Source: Cenarchaeum sp. (GTDB taxonomy: Archaea; Thermoproteota; Nitrososphaeria; Nitrososphaerales; Nitrosopumilaceae). Taken from it: a stretch of DNA of 64,000 bases. The position numbers were made by a program, and so were the translations under genes. Below, one piece after another: positions 1 through 8,469 of the stretch. Under the pieces are notes generated by a model. That model ran no database searches. It saw nothing but the letters and a program-made list of their open reading frames with translations, and was not told the origin of the DNA. The stretch spans positions 928,001 through 992,000 of the forward strand of contig OY843584.1 of NCBI GenBank assembly GCA_963692915.1. The letters run 5' to 3'. The stretch's first letter is position 1. Every line of letters starts with the position of its first letter.

Positions 1-45
1 ATCCCCCGATCCGGCCTTCTTGTCGTCCTTGTTCTTGCTGGCCAA
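1..45 (-). CDS. 5' end of a gene running off the window (MASKNKDDKKAGSG...)
   Basis: TTG start at 45 with an open frame to the window edge; TTTAAA TATA-like box about 25 nt upstream. Confidence 0.4.
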   Translation of the reverse strand, partial: MASKNKDDKKAGSGD

Positions 46-208
46 TGCGACCGGCCCGCCGCCGCCTGATTTTAAACCTTGACGTGAGAAGGCCATGCGC
101 GCAGTCTAGGTGCTGGCCTCATACGAGTCTCAAGGCAGGCCGCACGGCGTGACTGTCGCGTCCTCAGGGTCGATGCGCACCATCAGGATGAGACGAAGGG
201 GCCAGGCA

Positions 209-550
209 TCACGCGAGCGTGGACTGGCCCACAGTGCGCGACGGGTTTAGGATTGTGAACTTTTTGAGCACGGCTGTGCCATACTTTGCCAGCGCGTCCT
301 CCTCGGCGCACGCCCTGCATATGCACATCTGCGACACGCGCTCGAGGTCACAGTCATCGCGAGACTCGCACTCGGCGCATCCCGCGGGCCTGCCGCACAC
401 AATGCACGGTATCCTTGGCGTCCCGTTCACGCACTCGGGATGCTTTACGCCCTCGCCCTTTAGCCACATGACTGACGTACCCACCGCAATGTCGGCCCCG
501 CACTCGGCGCACTTGCCGGCGAACTTCATCGGTATCTTGCGCCAGCTCAT
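209..550 (-). CDS. Cys-rich putative zinc-finger protein, coupled to rfcL
   Basis: CxxC/HxxC motifs (CAEC, HPEC, CIVC, CAEC, CRAC); start overlaps the rfcL stop. Confidence 0.75.
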   Translation of the reverse strand: MSWRKIPMKFAGKCAECGADIAVGTSVMWLKGEGVKHPECVNGTPRIPCIVCGRPAGCAECESRDDCDLERVSQMCICRACAEEDALAKYGTAVLKKFTILNPSRTVGQSTLA

Positions 551-1716
551 CGCACCCTCTCGACCTCCTTTTCCACTATGGCGCGATGATCCTCGTCAAT
601 GGCCTCAATCGGTATCGCGCCAGACTTTACGCACGCGGCGATATAGGGCAGGTGCAGCGAGGAAAAGTCCGATGACGAGGAGTGGAGCTCGGGGGCCGCA
701 GAACGCGCAAATGCCCTTATCGCGCTGCCGTCCCAGCGTATGCGGTTTAGCAGCGGCCAGGAGATGCCATATTTCGAGTACGCAACGCCGAGTCCCGGCT
801 CGTGTCCCATCGCCAGCGTGGAGTTTAGGTATCGCAATATGCGCCACTGCTGCGTCTTCATTATCCTCCCGTGGAGCATGTCAGCCTCTGATATCGCGCG
901 CATGAGGCCTGCTGCCTTTGCCAGGGGCAGCGAGCTTGCCGAGACCACGCTAGAATAGAGCGCGCCTATCTTTTCCCTTGGGTCACCGCGCATGGACTCT
1001 AGGGCAAGGCGCGCGTCATGGCGCGTCTTTGCGCCAAAGAACGCCGTGACTGCCTCCTCAGAGGACAGTATTCCGCCCTCGTGCGACATGTCCGGATTGT
1101 ATCCCTGCGCCAGTGCCTGCGCTAGGTTGAACATTGTGCGAATGTCCCCGCGAGACCTAGCCAGAATCTGCACTATGGAGCCCGGACCGATGCGCGCGCC
1201 CTCTTGGCGAATCACGTCCTCTAGGTATATGCGCATGAGGCGCGGCGGGAGCGGGCCGAGGCGCATGACAGTGGAGGCCTTGGCGATGTTGCGCATCTTG
1301 TCCGTAGAGTCAGAGTTTGCGGCAAGTATCACGGGCACCGTCGGCTCCTTTAGAATTTTCACAAGCGCGTCGGCCCCGCCATAGTCAGAGCGCCCGTGTA
1401 TCCCGTCGACCTCGTCGATAAAGACGAGTGTCCTTCTCTCAAGGCTTCCCCTGGTCCCCATGATCGGCTCAAGGAGTGCCGTCAGGCTGGACCGCGTTCG
1501 CGTGTCACTTGCGTTGATGCCGACTAGCTCATAGCCAAACCTCTCGGCGACTAGTCCGGCAAGCGTCGTCTTGCCCGTGCCCGGCGGGCCCACGAGGAGC
1601 GCTGCGCGCGTGCCGACCTTCCATCTCGCAAGCCACGTCACGAGCTCGGCGCGAACCTTTTCGTTTCCGATCATCGACTCTATTGACTTTGGCCTGTGCG
1701 ACTCTGACCACATCAT
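547..1716 (-). CDS. rfcL: Replication factor C large subunit (AAA+ clamp loader)
   Basis: N-terminal W..HRPKS, Walker A GPPGTGKT, INASDTR, Walker B FIDEVDGI, GDIR sensor. Confidence 0.9.
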   Translation of the reverse strand: MMWSESHRPKSIESMIGNEKVRAELVTWLARWKVGTRAALLVGPPGTGKTTLAGLVAERFGYELVGINASDTRTRSSLTALLEPIMGTRGSLERRTLVFIDEVDGIHGRSDYGGADALVKILKEPTVPVILAANSDSTDKMRNIAKASTVMRLGPLPPRLMRIYLEDVIRQEGARIGPGSIVQILARSRGDIRTMFNLAQALAQGYNPDMSHEGGILSSEEAVTAFFGAKTRHDARLALESMRGDPREKIGALYSSVVSASSLPLAKAAGLMRAISEADMLHGRIMKTQQWRILRYLNSTLAMGHEPGLGVAYSKYGISWPLLNRIRWDGSAIRAFARSAAPELHSSSSDFSSLHLPYIAACVKSGAIPIEAIDEDHRAIVEKEVERVR

Positions 1717-2816
1717 TTTCGCATCCTCTCCAGCGCGAGATCAAACGTGTCGGCCATATCGCCGGCGCGCGCGTGCCAGAACAGGCCATAGTGGTCGATC
1801 GTCAGGAACAGAAACTCGAGAAACTCGACATTCGTCGTGCCCGCCGGAAGCGACTCTAGGGCGTCTCGTGCGCGCGCCATGTATCCCTCCTCACGCTCGC
1901 GCGTCTTGCGCAGGCCGACAGCGGCATTGCCGGCGCCGAGGGCCTCAAAGAGCGCCCATGACGGGACCTTTAGCGAGCCGCGCGAGACCGAGTCCTCTAG
2001 CTCGTTGCCGCACCCGACGCATTCAGACGCGTGGGCCATGCCGTCATAGAACGCCTGGCCAATTGCGCCGTCGCCGGCGGCCATGTTCCTGCCGGCTGTC
2101 CCCATGACGGCGCGGTACTTTTTGTACGACACCTCCATGTCTGCAGCCGTCGTGCGCAGCGGATCCGCCTGGATGCGCTCATCGACTGCCTGGCCGGCGC
2201 GCGCGTCGGCAAAGCCGGACTCGAATGACTCGAGCACTTCCTCGCCGCCGCTAGCTATCATCGAGCGCGCCGTTGCGAGTATGTGCGGGTTCATCAGGCG
2301 ATAGTCATCGAGGAACTCTAGGTCCTCATCACGGTCAATTATGCGGTCCATCGGCTCGCTGAGGTCTATTGCGATAATGTGCCCCTCGACTATCTCGCGG
2401 CGCGAGCCCACCGACGCGCCGGCTGCAGAGGCCGAGTCATAGAGCGCGTTGAGGACGGGGAGTGTCATCGTCACGAACTTTGAGTCTAGTATGCGGTCTA
2501 TGCGACGGCGCAGCTCGGCCGGATCAGAAAGTCGCGACTCGGCGCGCGCGATCTGCGCAGAGTCTAGCTCCATGGACGGCGAGGCGACCTCCTCGGTAAA
2601 GGCCCTCTGCGTGGAAGCCGGCGTCGAGTCCGACCGTATCCTCTTGTGGACCTCGTGCGCATAGCGCTCGGCAAGGCCCGCCGTCTGCGAGGCCGCCTCG
2701 CGCGAGTAGCGGCGATACAGCGAGTACCCGCGCCGGCGCAGTGCGCCCTGCCACAGGATTCCCCGTCCCGGACCTGTCGAGAGGAGGGCGCGTGTGGCAG
2801 TGACTGCGGCGCACAT
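1713..2816 (-). CDS. Hypothetical helical protein (start uncertain)
   Basis: Long ORF with host-like codon usage whose stop overlaps the rfcL start; the upstream part of the called 479-aa ORF runs through intergenic sequence. Confidence 0.7.
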   Translation of the reverse strand: MCAAVTATRALLSTGPGRGILWQGALRRRGYSLYRRYSREAASQTAGLAERYAHEVHKRIRSDSTPASTQRAFTEEVASPSMELDSAQIARAESRLSDPAELRRRIDRILDSKFVTMTLPVLNALYDSASAAGASVGSRREIVEGHIIAIDLSEPMDRIIDRDEDLEFLDDYRLMNPHILATARSMIASGGEEVLESFESGFADARAGQAVDERIQADPLRTTAADMEVSYKKYRAVMGTAGRNMAAGDGAIGQAFYDGMAHASECVGCGNELEDSVSRGSLKVPSWALFEALGAGNAAVGLRKTREREEGYMARARDALESLPAGTTNVEFLEFLFLTIDHYGLFWHARAGDMADTFDLALERMRK

Positions 2817-2922
2817 GCGCGACGTGCGCGCGCATTTGTATTTATGCGTTAGAGGGGTCACAGGAGTTTGCCTTGTACGAAAAGTAGTGGACATGGCAGC
2901 AATACCTGCCGGGCAAGACGTC

Positions 2923-2993
2923 AACAATAATATAACAATGTGCGTTTTGCCGTCTTGATGAAAGGCGCGATCTATCGCACGGTCAGCGATGCC
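2923..2993 (+). repeat. Copy A of a degenerate duplicated TATA-containing element
   Basis: AACAATAATATAACAATGTGCGTTTTGCCGTCTTGATGA...GGTCAGCGATGCC aligns with 3597-3670. Confidence 0.75.
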
Positions 2994-3281
2994 GATACGC
3001 TCATGCCACACGTGCCGCTCCCAGGTGCAAACAGGGGAGTCCTTGCGCCCATGACCGGAATGTGCCAGCCGGCCGTGCCGAGTGCGCCAAAAAGGCTGCT
3101 CCGCAAGAAACCAATAGCGGTGCTGCCCAACTTTGTAAAGCCGACCACACAACCCAATGATCCCATGTCCGCTGAAGGGTCCTATAATCGCGGTCGAGGC
3201 ACATACGAGACAGCGGCCATTGGCGCCATAATCATGCTAGCCGTTGGCGCCGCCATCATTTGGGGTCGCGCGACCAGGTGA
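2958..3281 (+). CDS. Small orphan protein with C-terminal hydrophobic helix (alternative start 3165)
   Basis: ATG about 25 nt after TAATATAA; ends TAAIGAIIMLAVGAAIIWGRATR. Confidence 0.4.
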   Translation: MKGAIYRTVSDADTLMPHVPLPGANRGVLAPMTGMCQPAVPSAPKRLLRKKPIAVLPNFVKPTTQPNDPMSAEGSYNRGRGTYETAAIGAIIMLAVGAAIIWGRATR

Positions 3282-3347
3282 CCGAGGCGAGTGACCATGG
3301 TCACAAAAGCCGCCATGGCGTTCAGGTGATTTCAGATGAGATGACAC

Positions 3348-3551
3348 GTGATGCATGACATAGACATTTTCGAAATTTTGTACTGGATGGCGTGGCCGTA
3401 TCATCTTCCCGTAGACTATATGTGGAGAGAGTTTGTCGCCACTGTGGTTGCTTCATTTGTGTATTCGATTACCGGTGTTACAATTGGGTGGGGCACACAT
3501 ACGATACGGTGCGCCAGACGCAGGCGCCGCCTGTCTGGCCAAGAGCACTAG
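3348..3551 (+). CDS. Small orphan membrane protein, 67 aa
   Basis: Hydrophobic FVATVVASFVYSITGVTIGW followed by a basic RRRRR tail (positive-inside pattern). Confidence 0.5.
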   Translation: MMHDIDIFEILYWMAWPYHLPVDYMWREFVATVVASFVYSITGVTIGWGTHTIRCARRRRRLSGQEH

Positions 3552-3596
3552 TCTCCGGCGCACATGGGCTCATAAACGTGCAGGAGTAATTCCTCA

Positions 3597-3670
3597 AACA
3601 GTAATATAGCAATGCGCATCTTGCCGTTCTTGTGAGGGCGGCGGTTCGTGTTCAACTGGTCAGTCATGCC
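3597..3670 (+). repeat. Copy B of the duplicated TATA-containing element
   Basis: AACAGTAATATAGCAATGCGCATCTTGCCGTTCTTGTGA...GGTCAGTCATGCC. Confidence 0.75.
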
Positions 3671-3734
3671 AAAGTAGACATGGTGCCCATAGCCTTGCCT
3701 GACGACCGGGCAAGTTCAGTCGAGCGCAAAGGCG

Positions 3735-3932
3735 GTGGTGACTGTGGACATTAGCCAAGTTTTTCCCTGGTTGGTACAACTGGATCACGCATCCGTGGAT
3801 CATCGATGGTCGATTCTGTTTTCGGGCATACTGTCAACGCTGACGTTTACGATCACCTTTTCGGCGGCCGCTCTGCTAATATACAACAGGCTGTTCAGCA
3901 GGAACACAGAGCGCGCAGGCGCGCCACCGTGA
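3735..3932 (+). CDS. Small orphan membrane protein, 65 aa
   Basis: Single TM-like segment ILFSGILSTLTFTITFSAAALLIY followed by basic residues. Confidence 0.5.
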   Translation: MVTVDISQVFPWLVQLDHASVDHRWSILFSGILSTLTFTITFSAAALLIYNRLFSRNTERAGAPP

Positions 3933-4066
3933 CTGTGGGCTCGATGCCATCTCCCCTCCTCGATGGCTAGAGACCGCACCGTCTCTAGCTCACAGTTGCG
4001 CATGAGGGCGCCGTGTGCGCACAGACCCTTTTTCACTTAAATTATGCCCATGCGCGACACGACGGC

Positions 4067-4867
4067 GTGAACGAGGTCGAAGTCCTGCGCGAGGCATCCG
4101 TGCGCGCGCAGAGGGCAGTGGCAAAGATCGCCGGAACGCCGGCCGGCGGGGGAGACTATGGCACCGGAGCCGGCGGGGACACGTCGCACGCAGTTGACAT
4201 CGCCGCCGAGGAGGCCATACTCGCGTTCCTCAGGGAGAGGTCGTTTGGATGCACCGTGCTCGGCGAGGAGTGCGGGCGCGTCGAGATCCCCGGAGAGCCC
4301 GGAGGCCACGTGGTCATGGACGCAGTCGACGGCTCGGTCAATGCGCTTCGCGGGATTCCGTTCTACTGCTGCTCGCTGGCATACGCGCCGGGCGACACGC
4401 TCTCATCAGTCACAGGCGCAGTGGTGACTGACATGTCAAGCGGAGAGCAGTTTTGGGCAAAAAGGGGAGGCGGCGCGTTTGTTGGCACAAGGCCGATGCG
4501 AACCGGCTCGGCGCCGGGCTCCGAGTACCGCGTCATAGTCGTCAACGTCTCGGGAATAGATGCGGCCACTGCGGCGCGCATACAGCCCGTCATGGCCTCA
4601 AGCCACACGCGCCACTTTGGCGCCAATGCGCTCGAGATGGCCCACGTCGGGCGCGGCTGGCTTGATGCGCTCGTTGACCTGCGCGGGCGCATACGCGTTC
4701 AGGACATTGCGGCCGGTTGCCTCCTGGTTCGCGAGGCCGGCGGCCTAGTCGTCGACGGGAGCCTCGAGGAGCTCGACTCTGACCTTGGCTACTCGACGCG
4801 CCTCTCCTTTGTTGCTGCCTCGGGCAGGGAGATGCTCGAAGGGATAGCATCCGAGATTGGCGCCTAG
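4067..4867 (+). CDS. suhB: Inositol monophosphatase / FBPase class IV
   Basis: GEE motif, DAVDGSVN metal motif, DIAAGCLLVREAGG signature. Confidence 0.9.
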   Translation: MNEVEVLREASVRAQRAVAKIAGTPAGGGDYGTGAGGDTSHAVDIAAEEAILAFLRERSFGCTVLGEECGRVEIPGEPGGHVVMDAVDGSVNALRGIPFYCCSLAYAPGDTLSSVTGAVVTDMSSGEQFWAKRGGGAFVGTRPMRTGSAPGSEYRVIVVNVSGIDAATAARIQPVMASSHTRHFGANALEMAHVGRGWLDALVDLRGRIRVQDIAAGCLLVREAGGLVVDGSLEELDSDLGYSTRLSFVAASGREMLEGIASEIGA

Positions 4868-4896
4868 CGCACAGGCACCACTGGACAGTCTAGTTG

Positions 4897-4974
4897 TGGC
4901 GCCCTTGGCGGGATTTGAACTCGCGTCTCAGCCGTGACAGGGCCGAATTCTGGACCTGGCTATACTACAAGGGC
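4897..4974 (-). tRNA. tRNA-Asp(GTC)
   Basis: Cloverleaf GCCCTTG...CAAGGGC-G-CCA, anticodon loop CTGTCAC, TTCAAAT T-loop; TTTAAA upstream. Confidence 0.95.
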
Positions 4975-5016
4975 GTTGCGCGCCCTGCCCGTGGGCCGAG
5001 TTTAAAATCTTGCGCC

Positions 5017-5883
5017 TCACGCGCGCCTGCGCACGCGTGGCGAGGCGGTGATGAGCGCGCACGCCTGCCGATAGTGAACCTCGTCTACCATCCGGCCATC
5101 CACGCGAAGGGCGCCCCTGCCGCGCCCACCGTGAGCCTCGTATGCGTCAATGACCCTGCGCGCCCAGGCGAGCTCGGCACGTGTGGGCGCAAAGGCGGCA
5201 TGAACGGCAGCTATCTGGCCCGGATGTATAACGCTCTTGCCGACATAGCCTAGTGAGCGGCCGTGCCGGCAGTCACGCCTCAGTCCGGCAGCCGAACGAA
5301 GGTCCTGCCATATCGAGTCAATCGCCACTGCCCCGCCGGCCCGCGCGTGGAGCGGGACGAGGGCGCGTGCAGCCTCGGCACCGGCGCCCACATCGCCCTC
5401 CATGCCCATGTCGTGCATCAGGTCAAATATTCCAAAGATGACGGCGCGCACGCGCGGCGAGGCCGACGCGATGGCAGCGCACGAGACGACGGCAGCAGCC
5501 GACTCTATTGATGGGATGATCTCGATCCGGCCAAGTCCGCGCGAGCGCTCGAGTGCCGCAATGCTGCGCGCTATGGCGCGAACCTGCGCTGCAGAGTCGA
5601 CCTTTGGGACCACTATCCCATCAAGGCCGGCGCGCACGACAGCCGAGATGTCCTTTCGAATGTCCGGCGTCGACGGCGCGTTTGTGCGCACAAAGACCCT
5701 GCCGGCGTGCTCTGATGCAAGCGCTGTGCGAATCATGCGGCGCGCAGTGGCCTTGTCGTCAGGCCGCACAGAGTCCTCGAGGTCAAGGCAGACAATGTCG
5801 GCCTCCATCGTGCGCGCCTTTGCCAGAAATCGTTCACTATTCCCCGGAACGAATGCGAGACTGCGGTACAGCGCCGCGTCCAT
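5017..5883 (-). CDS. CitE-like HpcH/HpaI aldolase / acyl-CoA lyase
   Basis: RSLAFVPG, LDLEDSV, GIVVPKV, GKSVIHPGQI, VDGRMVD. Confidence 0.9.
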   Translation of the reverse strand: MDAALYRSLAFVPGNSERFLAKARTMEADIVCLDLEDSVRPDDKATARRMIRTALASEHAGRVFVRTNAPSTPDIRKDISAVVRAGLDGIVVPKVDSAAQVRAIARSIAALERSRGLGRIEIIPSIESAAAVVSCAAIASASPRVRAVIFGIFDLMHDMGMEGDVGAGAEAARALVPLHARAGGAVAIDSIWQDLRSAAGLRRDCRHGRSLGYVGKSVIHPGQIAAVHAAFAPTRAELAWARRVIDAYEAHGGRGRGALRVDGRMVDEVHYRQACALITASPRVRRRA

Positions 5884-5887
5884 TGCC

Positions 5888-6961
5888 TTACTCTGGCTTT
5901 AGCAGTATCTTGCCAAACATGCCCTTGCCCTTGAGCATCTTTGTGTGCGCCTCGGCGGCGTTCTCAAAGGAGTGCACCGAGTCGATCACAGACTTTATCT
6001 TTCTCTGTCCCATCCAGTAGAGGCCCTGCTCGAGCTCGGCGCGCGTTCCCTGCGTGGAGCCGAGTATGTTTGTGCCCTTGAAGAATATGTGGCGCAGGTC
6101 AGTCATCGCGTCATAGCCTGTCGTCGCGCCGCACGTGACGAGCGTAGAGCCATACTTTAGGAGCTGTAGCTGCTTGTTCCAGTGCGTCTGGCCAATGTGG
6201 TCAAAGGAGAGGTCGATGCCCGGAGGCGTTCCCTTTTTGAGCGCTATCTCTTTTGATATCTTGCGAACCTCCTTGTGCCAGTCGTCCTTGCGGTGGTCGA
6301 CTGCGTGGTCAGCGCCCAAGTCGAGGCACTTTTGGAGCTTGTCCGGACTCGCAGTCGCAATAACGTCACAGTTGAAGAGCTTTGCTATCTGGATGCCAAA
6401 GCTGCCGACGCCAGAGCCGCCGCCCATGATGAGAACCGTCTGGCCAGGCTTTATGCCGGCGCGCCCGACGAGCATGTGCCATGCCGTGAGTATCGTCATC
6501 GAGGCCGCAGCCGCATCATCATAGCTCACCGAGTCGGGCAGCTTTACGACGTTGACCTCTGGCAGGTGCGCGACTGAGGCAAATGCGCCCCAGAGGGGAC
6601 CGGTCTGGAAGCCCCAGATCGTCCTCTGCGTGCAGTCAAACTCGCGTCCGCTTGTGCACGCCTCACAGACCCTGCATGACATGTTGGCGTGCGAGACGAC
6701 CCTGTCTCCAGGCTTTATCCCGCGGACGTCCTCGCCTACGGCGATAACGTCGCCGGCGGCATCCGAGCCTGATATGTGGGGAAGCGTGACTGGTATGGGG
6801 ACACCCCTCATGCCCCAGATGTCGTTATAGTTGAGCGCGGCGGCCTTTACGGCAAAGACTACCTCGTTGGGCTTTGGCTTTGGGTCGTCGAGATCCTGAA
6901 CCTTTAGAATCTTGGAATAGTTGTCATCGGGGGCATACTCTTCGTATACGACTGCCTTCAC
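5888..6961 (-). CDS. Zn-binding MDR-family dehydrogenase/reductase
   Basis: GSDAAG, structural Zn CxxCxxCx7C, GGGSGVG Rossmann motif, GKILL C-terminus. Confidence 0.9.
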   Translation of the reverse strand: MKAVVYEEYAPDDNYSKILKVQDLDDPKPKPNEVVFAVKAAALNYNDIWGMRGVPIPVTLPHISGSDAAGDVIAVGEDVRGIKPGDRVVSHANMSCRVCEACTSGREFDCTQRTIWGFQTGPLWGAFASVAHLPEVNVVKLPDSVSYDDAAAASMTILTAWHMLVGRAGIKPGQTVLIMGGGSGVGSFGIQIAKLFNCDVIATASPDKLQKCLDLGADHAVDHRKDDWHKEVRKISKEIALKKGTPPGIDLSFDHIGQTHWNKQLQLLKYGSTLVTCGATTGYDAMTDLRHIFFKGTNILGSTQGTRAELEQGLYWMGQRKIKSVIDSVHSFENAAEAHTKMLKGKGMFGKILLKPE

Positions 6962-7467
6962 GACACGCAGGCCCCAAATGACCCTAATTATATTTTGCCA
7001 GATGCCCCGTCGGGGAAGACGTGCGCCGGCCGTGCCCCAGAACGGGCAGCAGGCGCGCCCCAAGGGGCAGAATGGGTCACTCGTGGCCGGCTAGCGCAGG
7101 CATGGCCGGTGGGGCACCCATGCCACATGTACTGCCCTCCCTAGGATGCTGACGATGGGGCTCGTGGAGGCCACGCCGGTCATGGACAAGGCCGCGGCCA
7201 GGGGCAGCGCCGGCTACACGGCAGGGCCGACTGGCAGGAACGGCCTGGCAGCGAGCCGCCTGAGAGGCGTGCCCCAAGACCCACACGGTCAGCTACCAGG
7301 GCGCCGTGGCAGCATGGGCGTCATCAGGGGCCAGTCACCATTGTGGCACACCTGCCCCGAACGTGTGCCCATACGCACAGTTGCAGAGGTTGGCCACCAG
7401 GGCGCGCAGTGCGAAATCCCGGCACCAACGCTACTGCTAAATATAGACGCGCCGGCGCGGCTGCGCG

Positions 7468-7794
7468 TTGGCAACGGTTCCGTATGACGACTTTGCAAAG
7501 TTGGACATTCGCGTGGCAAGGGTCACGGCGGCAAGTCCCATAGAGGGCAAGACGCGCATACTGGAGGGAACGATCGACATTGGCGGCGAGGAGAGGAGCG
7601 TCATAATCGGCGGTGCCGAGCACTATGCGCCATCTGACCTGGTCGGCCGCACCGTCATAGCCATTGTAAACCTCGATCCAAAGAGGGTCGCAGGCGTAGA
7701 GTCAAACGCGATGCTCCTGGCAGCAGATGACGGCGAGAGGCCGATATGGCTCACAGTCGGTGAGGAGACGCCTCCAGGAACCAAGATAAGATAG
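7468..7794 (+). CDS. tRNA-binding OB-fold protein (MetRS C-terminal/CsaA-like)
   Basis: DDFAKLDIRVA, IVNLDPKRVAGVESNAMLLAA. Confidence 0.9.
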   Translation: MATVPYDDFAKLDIRVARVTAASPIEGKTRILEGTIDIGGEERSVIIGGAEHYAPSDLVGRTVIAIVNLDPKRVAGVESNAMLLAADDGERPIWLTVGEETPPGTKIR

Positions 7795-7924
7795 GCGCAC
7801 ACCGGCGCCACCATGTCTGCCATCTTGTCATGCATCCACGATCACAGATGTCCTTGAATCACCAGTGTCACAAGTGTCACGTCAGCCGTTCTGCCAAACG
7901 TGCCACCGGCCAGGACAGTCCCCC

Positions 7925-8308
7925 CTAGAGCATGACGAGCTTTACGGTGTCCATCTTTTTGTTTGTCCGAAACCCGTTTGTGACCTCGGATATGCGCGAG
8001 CCGTCACCATCGAGGACAAAGAGCTCGACGCAGCGCTCGCCGTCGATCTTGTTGTGCAGGTGTGTCCGCACGAGATCCTCATAGTCGTGCTTTATGCCTG
8101 CAACCTGGTCGTCGTACTCGTCGGCGTGGACGACCATGAGGATTGCGTTCTGCTTGCCTGTCGCGGCGGTTCGCTGCTTCTCCTCTTGCGCAAATGAGCG
8201 TATCCCGGCGCGTATGAGCTCCGAGCGGCCAGCAAAGCCCATCGCATCGCGCATCGCGTCTAGCTCGCGCAGTATCGAGTCGTTGAGCGAGACGGAGATT
8301 ATGGCCAA
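7925..8308 (-). CDS. NikR-family ribbon-helix-helix metal-responsive regulator
   Basis: RHH IISVSLNDSILRELD...RSELIR; metal ligands KH...THLH...C. Confidence 0.85.
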   Translation of the reverse strand: MAIISVSLNDSILRELDAMRDAMGFAGRSELIRAGIRSFAQEEKQRTAATGKQNAILMVVHADEYDDQVAGIKHDYEDLVRTHLHNKIDGERCVELFVLDGDGSRISEVTNGFRTNKKMDTVKLVML

Positions 8309-8412
8309 CGGCGCGGCTCGCCCATGACCGTCAATATATCCATATCAGGCAATGTTAATAACCCATGGGTGCATTTTCATGCCGATATTACCAATAGTTG
8401 ACAGATATATAG

Positions 8413-8446
8413 GTAATATTAATAATAAAAAAATAATAGTTATTAC
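8413..8446. promoter_or_regulatory. Candidate operator GTAATA-N22-TATTAC in the AT-rich divergent promoter
   Basis: Inverted half-sites at 8413-8418 and 8441-8446 between the regulator and the ABC operon. Confidence 0.5.
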
Positions 8447-8469
8447 TAACTATATGGCCCATTCCGCCA

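Noticed and set aside
2817-3152. N-terminal extension of the 479-aa minus-strand ORF
   Set aside because: Crosses promoter-like AT-rich DNA and the duplicated element; not protein-like
4905-4930. A-C mismatch in the tRNA-Asp T-stem suggesting a pseudo-tRNA
   Set aside because: Single mismatch in an otherwise canonical tRNA with promoter and CCA
7000-7450. SRP RNA or RNase P RNA
   Set aside because: Helix-8 and GAGGAAAGTCC-type conserved motifs not found on either strand
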